Part shown: piece after piece, positions 1-13,083 of the stretch | Numbering within the stretch: the first letter of the stretch is position 1 | How the letters are laid out: each line of letters opens with the position of its first letter | From: Octopus vulgaris | Lineage: Eukaryota | Reading direction: 5' to 3' | Length of the DNA stretch: 64,000 bases | Assembly (NCBI GenBank): GCA_951406725.2 | Contig: OX597820.1 | Span: 48,670,001 to 48,734,000 of the forward strand | Made by a program: the position numbers and the translations under genes | Notes under the pieces: model-generated | Told to the model about the DNA's origin: nothing | The model's input: only the letters and a program-made list of their open reading frames with translations | Database searches by the model: none

Positions 1-420
1 CCCTGCTTCAGTGAAGCGTAGCGAAATCATATTACTATTTTATTTTTAGTTTATTTGGTTTCAGATTCGTGGCAAAATGTTTGACACTGTCAAGGATCAC
101 CTCACAGTAATTATTTATAATTAATAGATATAGGATTATTGATGCTTTAATTATGCCATGATGAAACTCATGTGGTACATTAATTCTACAAATTTAAGAC
201 CTTCGTTACAGAACCTCGTGTTCGAGTTTTGATAATGCAATACGGGACCTGCGTGACTAAAGTCGTATTCAATACACCCTCAAAAATCAAAATTATGATA
301 AATTGTGTGTTACTTTCATGTCAACTGTTAGTAACAAAGAAATAAATAACATTTAAGACAGATTCGTGTAATATATAACATTACATTATATACTATCATA
401 TATATATATATATATATATG

Positions 421-600
421 TCCACAAAGATCGAGACTTAACTGCAGCTTGTGGTGCTCCAAATCAGATATTCAATCTATGTGGGTGTCTTTTCAATACA
501 TTGTCTGGTATAAAAGGCCACATCAGACGCCATGATGTATCTAAGGTGTAAGTACAAGAGGTGGTCAAACTCTGCATAAGGAGTAGACAACCATCATGTA
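421..600 (+). mobile_element. RTE-like LINE 3' end relic (C-terminal C2H2 finger plus short 3' UTR)
   Basis: Translates NLCGCLFNTLSGIKGHIRRHD (CxxF..xGxxxHxRxH finger typical of RTE/BovB C-termini), followed by GGTGGTCAAACTC...GAGTAGACAACCATCAT resembling an RTE 3' stem-loop tail; starts right after (TA)n. Confidence 0.55.
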
Positions 601-964
601 TACATATGATCATTGATATTTTAATTATTCAATGATAGAACACGTTTTAAATTAGTGCAACAAATTGAAGATGGTTAGTACAAAATTTTGTATCTTAACT
701 ATTTATTCAGATCATAGTACTGCATCGATTCGAATTCATGGGAAAGCATTCTGATTGTCAAAATATATAACGAACTTGCTTTTATCAAACTATTTTAAGA
801 TAGACATAGATAGATAGATAGATAGTTCACTATTTTAACTATCTGTCGCTATAGCAGCCACCGTGCCATTCATTGTCCTAATATTGTACGGTGGCACTTT
901 CGAATATAGAGGCTCAGTCCTTAGATCATAATAATATGGAGTAGGTGGGGGTTCTCATTTTATA

Positions 965-1265
965 CCCAGTCAACCATGCTGAAATAAAGTTATGATTAAA
1001 GGCATTCCACCTTGGTCACATCTGTTTTTTAGAAGTAACGAATCTGTCTTTTGTTGTTTTTTTTAATTTTTATACGCATTAGTTGGGGTAGAGCAGCCCA
1101 CGTGGCACTTTTCCGGAACGCTTTCACTGGTGCGGTAAAGAGCCGGGCGCACCCAAGTAGAGGCTATCGATGTTAAATCGTGTAACTTTTAAGACAGTTG
1201 AAAGAGATTTGATGATTTAGGAGACTTTGCTGGTATTTCTAGCAGATCGACGTAAAACTCCTAGA
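965..1265 (-). repeat. Dispersed repeat family E fragments (SINE-tail-like)
   Basis: GCTGGTATTTCTAGCAGATCGAC (~1229-1251) and GATTAAAGGCATTCCA (~994-1009) match in reverse complement 9280-9470; similar pieces at 33545-33575 and 60590-60625. Confidence 0.45.
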
Positions 1266-2619
1266 TGCTCTATCATTGTCTTGCAATAATGTAGTTTGTA
1301 TCTATGCACGTCTGAGTTGGTTCTGTTTTCTATTTCGACTCTTAGATCTCATGACTGAATAAACCAAACGCCTTGTTCATTCTTCTGTGTGCTTTTAGAT
1401 GTCCTTCAAAAATCAAAAGGTAACAACGACTGGCAAGAAGACAATAGATGAGTGAAAAGCATTTAAAATTTTATTCATCTCCCTTCGTTGCAGAGCTGAA
1501 GAAAGTAAAGAGGAAAAAAGAAAAAAAGCAGATAAAATGAGACGTAACAAATTTAGAAAAATCGATATTTATATGTTTTAAATGACAAGCAAATGGAATG
1601 CAATAGCAACAATGACTTAAACATAAAGTACTATGTAGTACACAAACTTTTGAAAAACATGAAATTTATAAAATTGTTTTACACACGGAACGGGGTATTC
1701 ATTTGTAAAATAAAAGAGTTTTCCCGTGGTGAAGTTAGTAAATATGATATGTGACAGACGCCGTGTTGTAGTTGTTATATGTGTGAGCAACAGAAGGGAT
1801 CCTAAGATGAATATTAAAACATGACGGAGACAGACTGGTGTCGAAACATGAATAATATAGGGCTAATTGTGCGTCTATATTTTACCGAACCACAATATCA
1901 TATGCGATTCAATCAACTAAAAATATCTAATAAGCAGTGAACAGAAAAAAAATCAAATGAACAATAACGGAAAATATCGATTAAAGAGAATATTTGTGGA
2001 ATGGGATACATTTATCATATAAGGCAGTAAATGTATAAGATTTGTCCATAACCGGTTACGTTGTCTTGTCCATACGATTTTTCGGTCAAAGAATAAGACG
2101 GTCCGTCGAGAAGGTGTTAATTTAGTAATGTTAGAAAATGGAAGTTAATACGATACAGTAAAAAGTAGCTGGAAGTATTTTGGGAATTTCATCTCAAGAC
2201 CACGACTGTCTTAATTTCGGACATGCCATTCATCTGTGGAGGTGATGAATAATATATATCTATTTGTTATGATTGGCAGACGTTCAGTTTTATGAGCAAA
2301 ATACGTCAATCCTGGAAATTGCTGCGGAATGAAAGAAAGAGGAAGAAAAATTTCGTCTCGTATTTATTTATTTCATCACTTCAATACGTTTATTCCTCAA
2401 TGTCCAAGGAAGTGTGTAGCGCAGGAACGAATTAAGTTGACATGTTGCTAACTTACAATTTTTATTTTTTGCAGACTATAAGTTGTAATTATTAGTGTTT
2501 GCATATATGTGTGAACGTATGCTTGTGTGTATTAAGTGTATGCATATGTATATACATAATATTTACAGTGAAGGCATACTATTAACAACTTTGTATAAGT
2601 ATATGTATGTATGCCTACA

Positions 2620-2664
<45 letters not shown>

Positions 2665-2676
2665 TATGGATACATA

Positions 2677-2815
2677 CTTTCAGTTTCCGTCTACTAAATT
2701 CACTCACAAGGTTTTGGTCGGCCCGAGGTTATAGTAGAAGATACTTGCCCAAGGTGCTACGCAGTGGAACAGAACCAGGACACACGTGGCTGGGAAGCAA
2801 GCTTCTTACCACACA
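2677..2815 (-). mobile_element. tRNA-derived CORE-type SINE, family B, 5' part
   Basis: Matches full copy 54580-55036: tRNA-like head, CACCTTGGGCAAGT CORE-like box, GTAGACGGAAACTGAAAG. Confidence 0.9.
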
Positions 2816-2976
2816 CGTATATATATACACACACACAACGACATATATATAAAGGATCTAGAAGTGGATAATTTAGAGTGCTGCATAAATCGTGCTTCTG
2901 GGATATTAAATAATTATTATCTGTATATCTGATACGACAGTGTTTATATATTGAACACTGAGGAGCAATATTATAG

Positions 2977-3018
<42 letters not shown>

Positions 3019-3027
3019 AACATTGAA

Positions 3028-3079
<52 letters not shown>

Positions 3080-3086
3080 AAGTATA

Positions 3087-3126
<40 letters not shown>

Positions 3127-3272
3127 AGTAGTTGAATGAATTATCTTATTATGGATAATTCGGTTAACCGATACCTGGGTAGCAAATTCACGTCAGAAAA
3201 ACACGGTTCAAGCTACATGCCTAGGGCAGAGATCACGTGCTTTCGTGTGGAAATTTGTGTGCTTTTTTAAAT

Positions 3273-3353
3273 ACAAATAAATGAAAGAATGGAGTTGAAC
3301 GACGAATTAACAAAATTATTAATTCGTCGTTCAACTCCATTCTTTCATTTATT

Positions 3354-3356
<3 letters not shown>
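3273..3356. repeat. Perfect inverted repeat, 38-bp arms, 8-nt loop
   Basis: ACAAATAAATGAAAGAATGGAGTTGAACGACGAATTAA (3273-3310) and its exact reverse complement (3319-3356). Confidence 0.97.
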
Positions 3357-3443
<87 letters not shown>

Positions 3444-3447
<4 letters not shown>

Positions 3448-3656
3448 ATCCAAACAAGAAAGCACAAAAAAAACACAACAACGCGAGGACGTTGAATAAA
3501 TATAGTATTATTGGACGCTCAGGAAAGAAGGAAAGAATGAGGGTTTAACGTTTCGAGCGGAGCTCTTCATCGGAAACATAGGAGAAGGAAAGATCCAGAG
3601 AAGGGAAGACAGAGGAAAAAAAATCACCAACGGTACACACGCGGTCACATTTTGAA
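3444..3656 (-). mobile_element. Solo PLE pseudo-LTR-like element (family P) embedded in (TA)n
   Basis: ~210 bp flanked by (TA)n on both sides; homologous to 7878-8045, 24431-24637 and the PLE-linked segment 45545-45760; carries a hammerhead-like fold. Confidence 0.7.
3543..3577 (-). ncRNA. Minimal type I hammerhead ribozyme-like motif, U4C core variant
   Basis: Minus strand GUUU-CCGAUGA-A-GAGC-UCC-GCUC-GAAA-CG-UU-AAAC: stem I GUUU/AAAC, stem II GAGC/GCUC, palindromic AACGUU in place of stem III. Confidence 0.7.
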
Positions 3657-3671
3657 TATATATATATATAT

Positions 3672-3833
3672 ACTTCAATGTTCCAAATGAGGAGTAGATA
3701 GACAGCCGACAACTGATGAAAGGTCGTTCTTCGAGTAACTTGCCCTGTTTTCGATTTTTTCTCTCGTTGTTTGTATATTTAACACATTTGTTTTCGTATT
3801 TCATGCTGTTTGGTGATGTCCTGTATCCATATA

Positions 3834-3840
<7 letters not shown>
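3672..3840 (+). mobile_element. Diverged inverted relative of the 3916-4900 element
   Basis: GAGTAGAT...ACTGATGAAAGG...TTTGGTGATGTCCTGTATCCATATATGC aligns by eye with the reverse complement of 3991-4170. Confidence 0.6.
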
Positions 3841-5021
<1,181 letters not shown>

Positions 5022-5719
5022 TATTCATATTATTATTTAATTGAACGCCACGTACCCATTTCCATGGAATCAGTTCATATTCACTCGAAAATTCATAAAT
5101 TGTTATGATGTTAACAATACATCTCTGTATATATGACATATATCTATTTCAAAATGTAGAGGGAATTATAAACAAGAATACGATATGAAATGTGATATCT
5201 GATGAATTTGTTTTGAAGAGCGGACAGTTATGTACGCTATTTTTTAAAGAAATGACAAAATTTGCTCGAGTTTCATCTGATGGATTATCACAACTATCGC
5301 AGTTCGACATCAGGTAAAATCTGAGTAGACTGAAATTTTTTTTATAGAAACACAAACACAGATACAAACAGACATGGTGAAATATTTGTATATATTTTAA
5401 ATGCCATTATAAAACATTTACATAGATATATGATTGTACGCATATAAATATATACAAATAATATCACATATATGCAAGTGTATACAAATATACATCACAT
5501 ACAGAGCAAATAATATATGACATTGTAATCGGTATTTGAAGTACAGTGGACAAGATATATTGTTTTGAAATTATAATCGTGTACTGGCATTTTATCTGAA
5601 GGACAAACAAAATTGATACTCAGATATCAAACAAAACTGTATCTGATTATCACAGATACAAAGAAAGTGAGCTGCCCAAAATTTCGGGCCTTGTGCCTAA
5701 AGTAGAAAAAATATTTTAA

Positions 5720-5937
5720 GGCGGCGAGCTGGCAAAAACGTTAGCACGCCGGTCGGAATGCTTAGCGGTATTTCGTCTGCCGCAACGTTCTGAATTCAAA
5801 TTCCGCCGAGGTCGACTTTGCCTTTCAGCCTTTCGGGGTCGATAAATTAAGTACCAGTGAAACATTGAGGTCGATTTAATCGACTAGTTCCCTCTCCAAA
5901 AATTTCAGGCCTTTTGTCTTTAACAGAAATGATTATT
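5720..5937 (+). mobile_element. tRNA-derived SINE family A, full monomer
   Basis: GGCGGCGAGCTGGCA head, GAATTCAAATTCC B-box-like motif, GCCTTTCA.CCTTTCGGGGTCGATAAATTAAGTACCAG core, AAATTTCAGGCCTT tail; many copies in window. Confidence 0.93.
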
Positions 5938-6819
5938 GCAGACACAAACGCGCGAGCACAGACGCACGCACATACATATTGGGGTTAGAGAGAAAAATAT
6001 AAGTATAAGAATGGCTAATTCATTATCTTCACTGATTTGTTTTGCATAGAAACAGGAAATTGAATGCACTTGAATCAACGTTAGTTACAATTGGAATCTG
6101 ACTATACAGCCAAATTTGTACCAATGTGAATCGTGTGGCAAAGAGAGTTACTTGGTGAATCAACTATATCTCTTTCATGCAAAACTGTACCATTTTTAGA
6201 TCATTATTTGAAATGAAATGTGAGATTTCAGCTGGAATTGGGTATCTGCATGGAAACTGTAGAATCATCCAACTCTCGATAGGACAACGTCATTAGTGAC
6301 GATAATATCATTATATTAAACTTGCCAAATAACGACAGCCTCGAGGATATTATTTTGAATTTTCTACTAAGAAGACATTTTTTCTTCCAATAATTGTATA
6401 CAGAATATATGAAATAATGATTCAATAAATTGAATGTTAAATGCAGAATAAGCAATTTAGTTGAATAAATAAATAAACGTATGAATAAAATAATTAAATG
6501 AAAAAGACAAAGCGTTTTCGAGATGGCCAAAGAAGAACAAAAAATACGAAACAATAGCTTATTTAAACAAACAAGAACTTATCTGTTCAGTTCTACTTTT
6601 TTTTTTTACTGAAATTTTAACACAATTTCCAGTGAGTCTATAGATAAATTTTTTCGTTACTTTAAATGGCATTTCAATATATTACAGCATCTGAATTCTA
6701 ATAATTCTGAAGCTAGTAGAAATATAAAATATACTTTACGTACGACTCCTATTAGCCCATATGTTAATCTTTTGAGAAGTTCAGTCTATCGTCTGTAAAG
6801 ATGGTCAAATATATGTATG

Positions 6820-6925
<106 letters not shown>

Positions 6926-6970
6926 CATATATGTATGTATGTATATATATATATATATTTATATATATAC

Positions 6971-7316
6971 ATAGCAGTATCGCCCGGCGTTGCTCGGGTT
7001 TGTATAACTATAAAGCATTTTTAGAGAGTTATAGCCAAAAAATGATGGTAAATTTTTTTTTAGAGTAAAAAAGGTGGAGTTGCGTCCCCTAGACGGTTTG
7101 TGTTTCTGATTCTCGACCCCATGTCGAATTTATCGATTTTTTCAGAACTGGGGGAACTTTTCAAAATTTTCGCTGCGTTAGTTTTGAATTATGACATTGG
7201 GCTATGTGTGTTCAAGTTTCATCAGAATCGGTTGAAAGCCGTGGTCAGGGTGAGGGTACAAGCAAACAGACACACAGAAACACGCACAGAGAAACTGCGT
7301 TTATATATAGAGAGAG
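6971..7316 (-). mobile_element. Non-autonomous Helitron (Lep1-like layout)
   Basis: Minus strand starts TCTCTCTATATATAAACGCAG, has a CTGT-like tract and ends with hairpin CCCGAGCAACGCCGGG about 10 nt before a degenerate CTAG. Confidence 0.75.
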
Positions 7317-7391
7317 ATATATGTATGTATGTATATATGTATGTATGTATATATGGATGTATGTATGTATGTATACAGAGAGAGCGAGAGA

Positions 7392-7775
7392 GAGAGACCC
7401 TTCGATCATGAATGATCATGGGATTGCCCCTAGACGGTCACTCTCCAGGCGAGGTTGTTAATGGAAGACCAGCAGCCGCCCATGTATATTAGTCTCCTCT
7501 CTACCCGACACCCATGTGATCCAAGCGAAAGGCAAAGACCGATAAGCTTGGCATCAGTGACGTCATAACTCATTTCTACAGCTGAGCGAACTGAGAGAGA
7601 CCCTTCGATCATGAATGATCATGGGATTGCCCCTAGACGGTCACTCTCCAGGGTTAGACCAGCGGCGTATATTAGACTCTAGCCATGGACAGCCTTGCTC
7701 GGTCTTGCGCCTAGAAGAGGAACTTTCTAGGTGCAATCCTATGGTTATTTATGACCAAAGGTGGTCTTAACCTTT
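7392..7775 (-). mobile_element. SINE family C 3' part with a local ~55-bp direct duplication and an inverted tail copy
   Basis: 7399-7593 homologous to 19110-19325; ~7392-7449 repeated at ~7593-7651; ~7700-7770 is the reverse complement of the same tail. Confidence 0.8.
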
Positions 7776-7877
7776 ATGCATATGTGTGTGTATGCATGTA
7801 TGTGCGTGTGTCGTGTGCGTGTGTGTGTGTGTATGTGTGTGTGTGGGTTTGTGTGTGTGTATGTGTGTGTGTGTGTG

Positions 7878-8045
7878 TAGCTAATTCAAATGAATGTATA
7901 AAAATGGACAACATGAGGACGTGCACAAGAAATGTATTAGCTTGACACTCGGTGAAAAGAGAGAGTTTGATACTTCCAGCTTAGCTCTTCGTTGGAAAGG
8001 AGAAAGGGAAAAGTCCAAAGAATGAAAATAAATCGCCACACCCTA
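7878..8045 (-). mobile_element. Decayed family P pseudo-LTR copy
   Basis: Colinear with 3444-3656; minus strand CUUU-CCAACGA-A-GAGC-UAA-GCUG-GAAG decayed hammerhead at ~7965-7999. Confidence 0.6.
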
Positions 8046-8133
8046 GATGAATCAGTCTTCATTTATATTGACTCTATGAAATTCAAAAACTTGTCTTCTT
8101 GTTCGATTTGACCATCTACAATTCTCTCCTAAT

Positions 8134-8475
8134 ATTCTTTTATTCTTTTACTTGTTTCAGTCATTTGACTGCGGCCATGCTGGAGCACCACCCATAGACG
8201 AAGATCGACCCTAGGACTTATTCTTTGTAAGTCTAGTACTTATTCTATCGGTCTCTTTTGCCGAACCGCTAAGTTACGGGTACATAAACACACCACCATC
8301 GGTTGTCAAGTGATGTTAGGGGGACAGACACAGACACACAAACATATAGACACACACACACACATACGCACTCACTCACACACGCACATATATATATACG
8401 ACGGGCTTCTTTCAGTTTCCGTCTACTCAAAAGGATTTGGTCAGCTCGAAGTTATAGTAGAAGACACTTGTCCAA
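8134..8475 (-). mobile_element. SINE family B, lacking tRNA head
   Basis: Reverse complement of the ~54660-55036 portion, including GGTGCTCCAGCATGGCCGCAGTCAAATGACTGAAACAAGTAAAAG tail. Confidence 0.92.
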
Positions 8476-8519
8476 ATTTATACAAATTCTGTGATATTGT
8501 ATTATAATATTTATTGCTT

Positions 8520-9100
8520 CTTTTCCACTCTAGGCACAAGGCCCGAAATTTTTGGAGAGGGGCCAGTAGATTAGATCGAGTCCAGTACGCAACTGATACT
8601 TAATTTATCGACCCCCAAAAAGATGAAAGGCAAAGTCGACCTCGGCGGAATTTGAACGCAGAACGTAAAAACAGACGAAATACCTATTTCTTTACTACCC
8701 ACAAGCGGCTAAGCATAGAGAGGACAAACAAGGACAGACAAACAGATTAAGTCGATTATATCGACCCAGTACGTAACTGATACTTATTAAATCGACCCCG
8801 AAAGGATGAAAGGCAAAGTCGACCTCGGCGGAATTTGAACTCAGAACGTAGCTGCAGACGAAATACCTATTTCTTTACTACCCACAAGGGGCTAAACACA
8901 GAGGGGACGAACAAGGACAGACAAACGGAATAAGTCGATTACTTCAACCCCAGTGCGTAACTGGTACTTAATTTATCGACCCTGAAAGGATGAAAGGCAA
9001 AGTCGACGTCGGCGGAATTTGAACTCAGAACGTAACGGCAGACGAAATACGGCTACGCATTTCACCCGACGTGCTAACGTTTCTGTTAGCTCGCCGCCTT
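8520..9100 (-). mobile_element. SINE family A concatemer (one head, three core modules)
   Basis: CAGACGAAATAC ends at 8683, 8867 and 9050 (periods 184 and 183 bp); head only at 9051-9100. Confidence 0.93.
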
Positions 9101-11064
9101 ATTGTGGCATGATATTGAGACAGAAATAGGGCGGAGAGTGTCATCACCACTTATAGGTTTCATACTTAAGAGTATCAAACAAAACCAACATGACGAAGGC
9201 TCATGCATTCTGGCTTTATCATCTGAAACAGAAATTGAACTCGCAGCTGAGATAAAGCTTGGCACATTTCCTTTGCTACTCGACCTGCTGGAAACAACAG
9301 CTGGATCTTCCTCGACTTACAGTGTACTGTGAGATATTTTTTTATGGAAGGAGAAACTGGATGATGTTATCAATTGAATGAACCCCTCCCCGCAAAGAAA
9401 AAGAAAACAAACGATAGAAAACAAAAAAAAAAACGGTGTTCTTTCCGCTGTAATGCCTTTGTTCATAGTAGTACTACTACATTCGAACTCACATACATTT
9501 ATAAAACAAAATAAGGATATATTTGGAGTTGTCCATCATTCTTTTTAGTGTGAAGGAAACTATCAATAAAAAAAAAAAAAGATATGAAAAGAAAGAAATG
9601 CTTCCGAAATTTTGAACTTGTTGATGTGTTGACATTTTCATGAGACTTGGTGGCTTTTATTCCTGCAAAACAAGATTTCAAGACAGAAGGGAAAGTATAG
9701 CAAAACCAAGAGAGAATAAAAGAGTAGAATTAAGACAGGAAGAAAGAATGAGGCGTTAATATATTTGAAAATGAACGCGATTACGATGATGACTGAGACA
9801 CCAGGTAGCTATGAATGTGTATGTGAGCGTGTATGTCTGTGCGAGTGTATGCATGTGTGTGTATGTGTATGTCAAATGTTCTTGTGTGTGTATACGTGAG
9901 TGTCAGCCTTTGGTGATGTTTGGTGTGAGAGTGTACTGTTGAGTATCACTTTCTGTACTGACATATGGTAGTGGAAAGATGGTGGTGGGGGTGGCAGTGG
10001 CGGTGTTGTTATGGTTGTGGTTGAGTGAGTGGTAGTGGAGTTGATCGCAATGAAGCAGCGGAGGGTGCGGTGTTTGGTGTTAGAAACGGACAAGGTGCGA
10101 CAATAAAGACAGCTGATTGGCAGGCAGACAGACGGCTAACAGGCTGGCCGGCTGGCCGGCTGGTTAAACAGTTCATTTGCTGGCTGACTGGTTGGTGGCT
10201 GGTTACACAGCTGACCCTTCTTGTTCGACGACCTAATCAGACGGACAGTTAGATATTAGTTAGATGAATGCCCCACTGAAAGTGACGACAAGAGAGGTCA
10301 AGGCGCGGGGATACAATTATAACAGGAGACAGCTGGAGTTTGTTGTTGCTGTTGTTCGTTTTCTTCATGTTGACGTCCTCATCCCCTTCATTCTTTTTTT
10401 TTTTTCTAATTCGTTCGGTGATTATATGTGAGAATTTTACATATTTCTTTGTTGATGTGGAGGATTCATGGTATGTTTCTTAGCTTTCGGTATCAAATAA
10501 CAAAAATACTGGCGTTTTTTCGTCAACCGTTGTGTCGTATGAGGTGTTAATGAAACACCTCATGTTTATTTGGTTAAAGGACAAGGCTGAAGATATTTTA
10601 ATGCTGTTTCATCAATCGTCACCATATTGTCCTTTCGTCATCAACCGTCCACGCTCCTATTTTCCTTGTTTAATGTGATTAAGAATATTTTAATAGAATT
10701 TACTGCAGTGCTCCAGCATAGCCGCAATCAAATGGCCGAAACAAGTAAAAGAATTAAGACAAGGAAATAATAGTATCCATCAAATAACTTTACGTGACTG
10801 TAGGCTTTTGTTTCTGTCTCTTTTTTTGTGTGTGGGCTGGTGTATGCGTGTGTATGTGTGTCTGAATGTGTACGCCTATGTGAGTGTGTGAGTATTTCTG
10901 TGTGCAAACAGTTGTGTAATGTGTGACACGTATGTCCGACTTTAAAAGTATGAAGTATGCATGGCTGAAATATATGTGTGTGTGTGTGTAGTTGTGTATG
11001 AGTATGTGTGTGTGTGTGTCTGTCTGTCTGTCTCTCTCTCTGTCTGTTTGTATCGTTTAGCTTG

Positions 11065-11449
11065 TACTTGTTTCAGATCTCAGTCTGCGACCATGCTGTG
11101 GCATCGCTTTGAAGAATTTTCGTCAAGCGAATCGACGCCAGTACTTATTTTAAAGCCCGATACATCTTCTATCGAGTCGTTTTGCCCTACCACTATGTTA
11201 CGGGAGAGAATAAACACACCAACACCGGTTAACGCAGAGAGAAACGCACATCCACACACTCACAAACAATCACAAACATACACGCACACATATATATAGG
11301 ATGGGATTCTTTTAATATCCGTCTACCAAATCAACTCACGAGAGTTTGAGCCCGAAGCTATAGTAGAAAATATTTGCCCAAGGTGCCATGCAGTGGGACT
11401 GAACCCGGACCATGTAGTTGGGAAACAAACTTCTTACAAGGCAGCCATG
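11065..11449 (-). mobile_element. SINE family B, diverged near-full copy
   Basis: Colinear with 37554-37962 and 48277-48691. Confidence 0.85.
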
Positions 11450-11623
11450 ATGGCAGCTATATATGGATACATATGTGTGTGTGTGTATGCGTGTTTATGT
11501 GTGTATATGCGTGTGATATGTGTGTGTATGTGCATGTGTTATTCTGTGAAGCGTGTGGATGATCATCATTGTATTGTACGTAAATAAGCATGCGTAGATG
11601 CATACTCAAGCACACATGTATTG

Positions 11624-11670
<47 letters not shown>

Positions 11671-11945
11671 CACATGTATATAATGGAATGAATAAAAGAC
11701 GAATGATTTCATAAATATTCCAACTATTTCGTTATCTATGACCTTTTTAACAGTTCCCATGAATTTCCACCATCATATCAAAATTCTAACATTAAAAGTT
11801 TATAAAAAAAAGAGAACCAAAACCAGCCGATACAAATAATAGACTAACACAACAAATATGTAACCCTTTCTCTATTTGTCCATACATGTAAGTATGAATC
11901 AATGTACATATATATTTCTTCTATCCCAAGACTCTGTTAATTTAT

Positions 11946-11998
<53 letters not shown>

Positions 11999-12011
11999 AT
12001 GTATGTATATG

Positions 12012-12109
<98 letters not shown>

Positions 12110-12112
12110 TAT

Positions 12113-12432
12113 AACTGGCCCTCCGTCGGACACGACGACGAGGGAATCCACTTGATCCGATCAATGGAACAGCTTGTTCGTGAAATTAACGTCTAAGTGG
12201 CTGAGTACTCGACAGACATGCATACTCTTAACGAAGTTTATTGGGGAATTCAGCGTGACACAGACTGTGACAAGGCTGGCCATTTTGATATACAGGTTCT
12301 ACTCATTGCTGCCACCTGAGTGGACACTTAAATAAAGTGTCTTGCTCAAAGACACAACGCGTCGCCAGGAATTGAAATCACGACCTTACAGTCAATCGTG
12401 AGCCGAATGCACTAACCACTAAGCCACGCGCC

Positions 12433-12433
<1 letters not shown>
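12113..12433 (-). mobile_element. tRNA-derived SINE with family C-like head and distinct tail
   Basis: Minus strand GGCGCGTGGCTTAGTGGTTAG (A box)...GATTTCAATTCC (B box)...TTGTGTCTTTGAGCAAGACAC. Confidence 0.85.
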
Positions 12434-12469
<36 letters not shown>

Positions 12470-12594
12470 ATACATATATATGAGAGAGGGAGAAAGACAT
12501 ATAAGAAAAATAGAGCTAGAAATAAAGAGGTTTACAGATTAGTTACTAAACTCATTGTAGCTGATAGTACAGAGTCTTTGAAATCTAGTATTCA

Positions 12595-13040
12595 GCATTT
12601 TAATCTTAATGGCCACAAACAGGATTTTATAAAAAATCCATCGGGCCCTCTAAGTCTGATATAAGTCGCATTATTAAGAGAATTTGGGATAATAAATTAG
12701 ATTAAAATGGAGAATTATTCAAAACTATTTCCTTCGGGAAAATATGATACAGTGGTTTGATAGGTTACAAAATGATAAGAAGCTGCCCACCTGCACTTCG
12801 TACGATTTGATATTACTAGCTATTATTTATTTGAATAAACTTAACTTTCGAATATGGCACATAATTTCGTTAGAAATGCTTCCAGTTTAACTGAAAATGA
12901 CTTATTTTTATTGTCTAAAATTCGCTAATCGTCTTTCAAGGAGAATGGTGGACAAAGGAATCTAGATTCGATCATATCGATATTACATTTGGCTCATACG
13001 ATATAGCTCAGGGAATAATTAATTAAATAAATATTTTCCT
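12595..13040 (+). mobile_element. Penelope-like reverse transcriptase relic
   Basis: Frameshifted motifs in RT order: HKQDFIKNP, PSKSDISRIIKRIWD, IQWFDRLQN, FVRFDITSYY, DITFGSYDIAQ. Confidence 0.75.
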
Positions 13041-13083
13041 GAGTTATATGTGTCTGTATGTTTGGCAATGCTATAAATGCAAC

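Noticed and set aside
1820-2245. Two degenerate hammerhead-like strings (~1820-1852 plus, ~2210-2242 minus)
   Set aside because: Cores altered and stem I unsupported; cannot be distinguished from chance.
8520-9100. Regular repeat array as a possible CRISPR
   Set aside because: Whole ~184-bp units repeat with no unique spacers; eukaryotic context, no cas genes.
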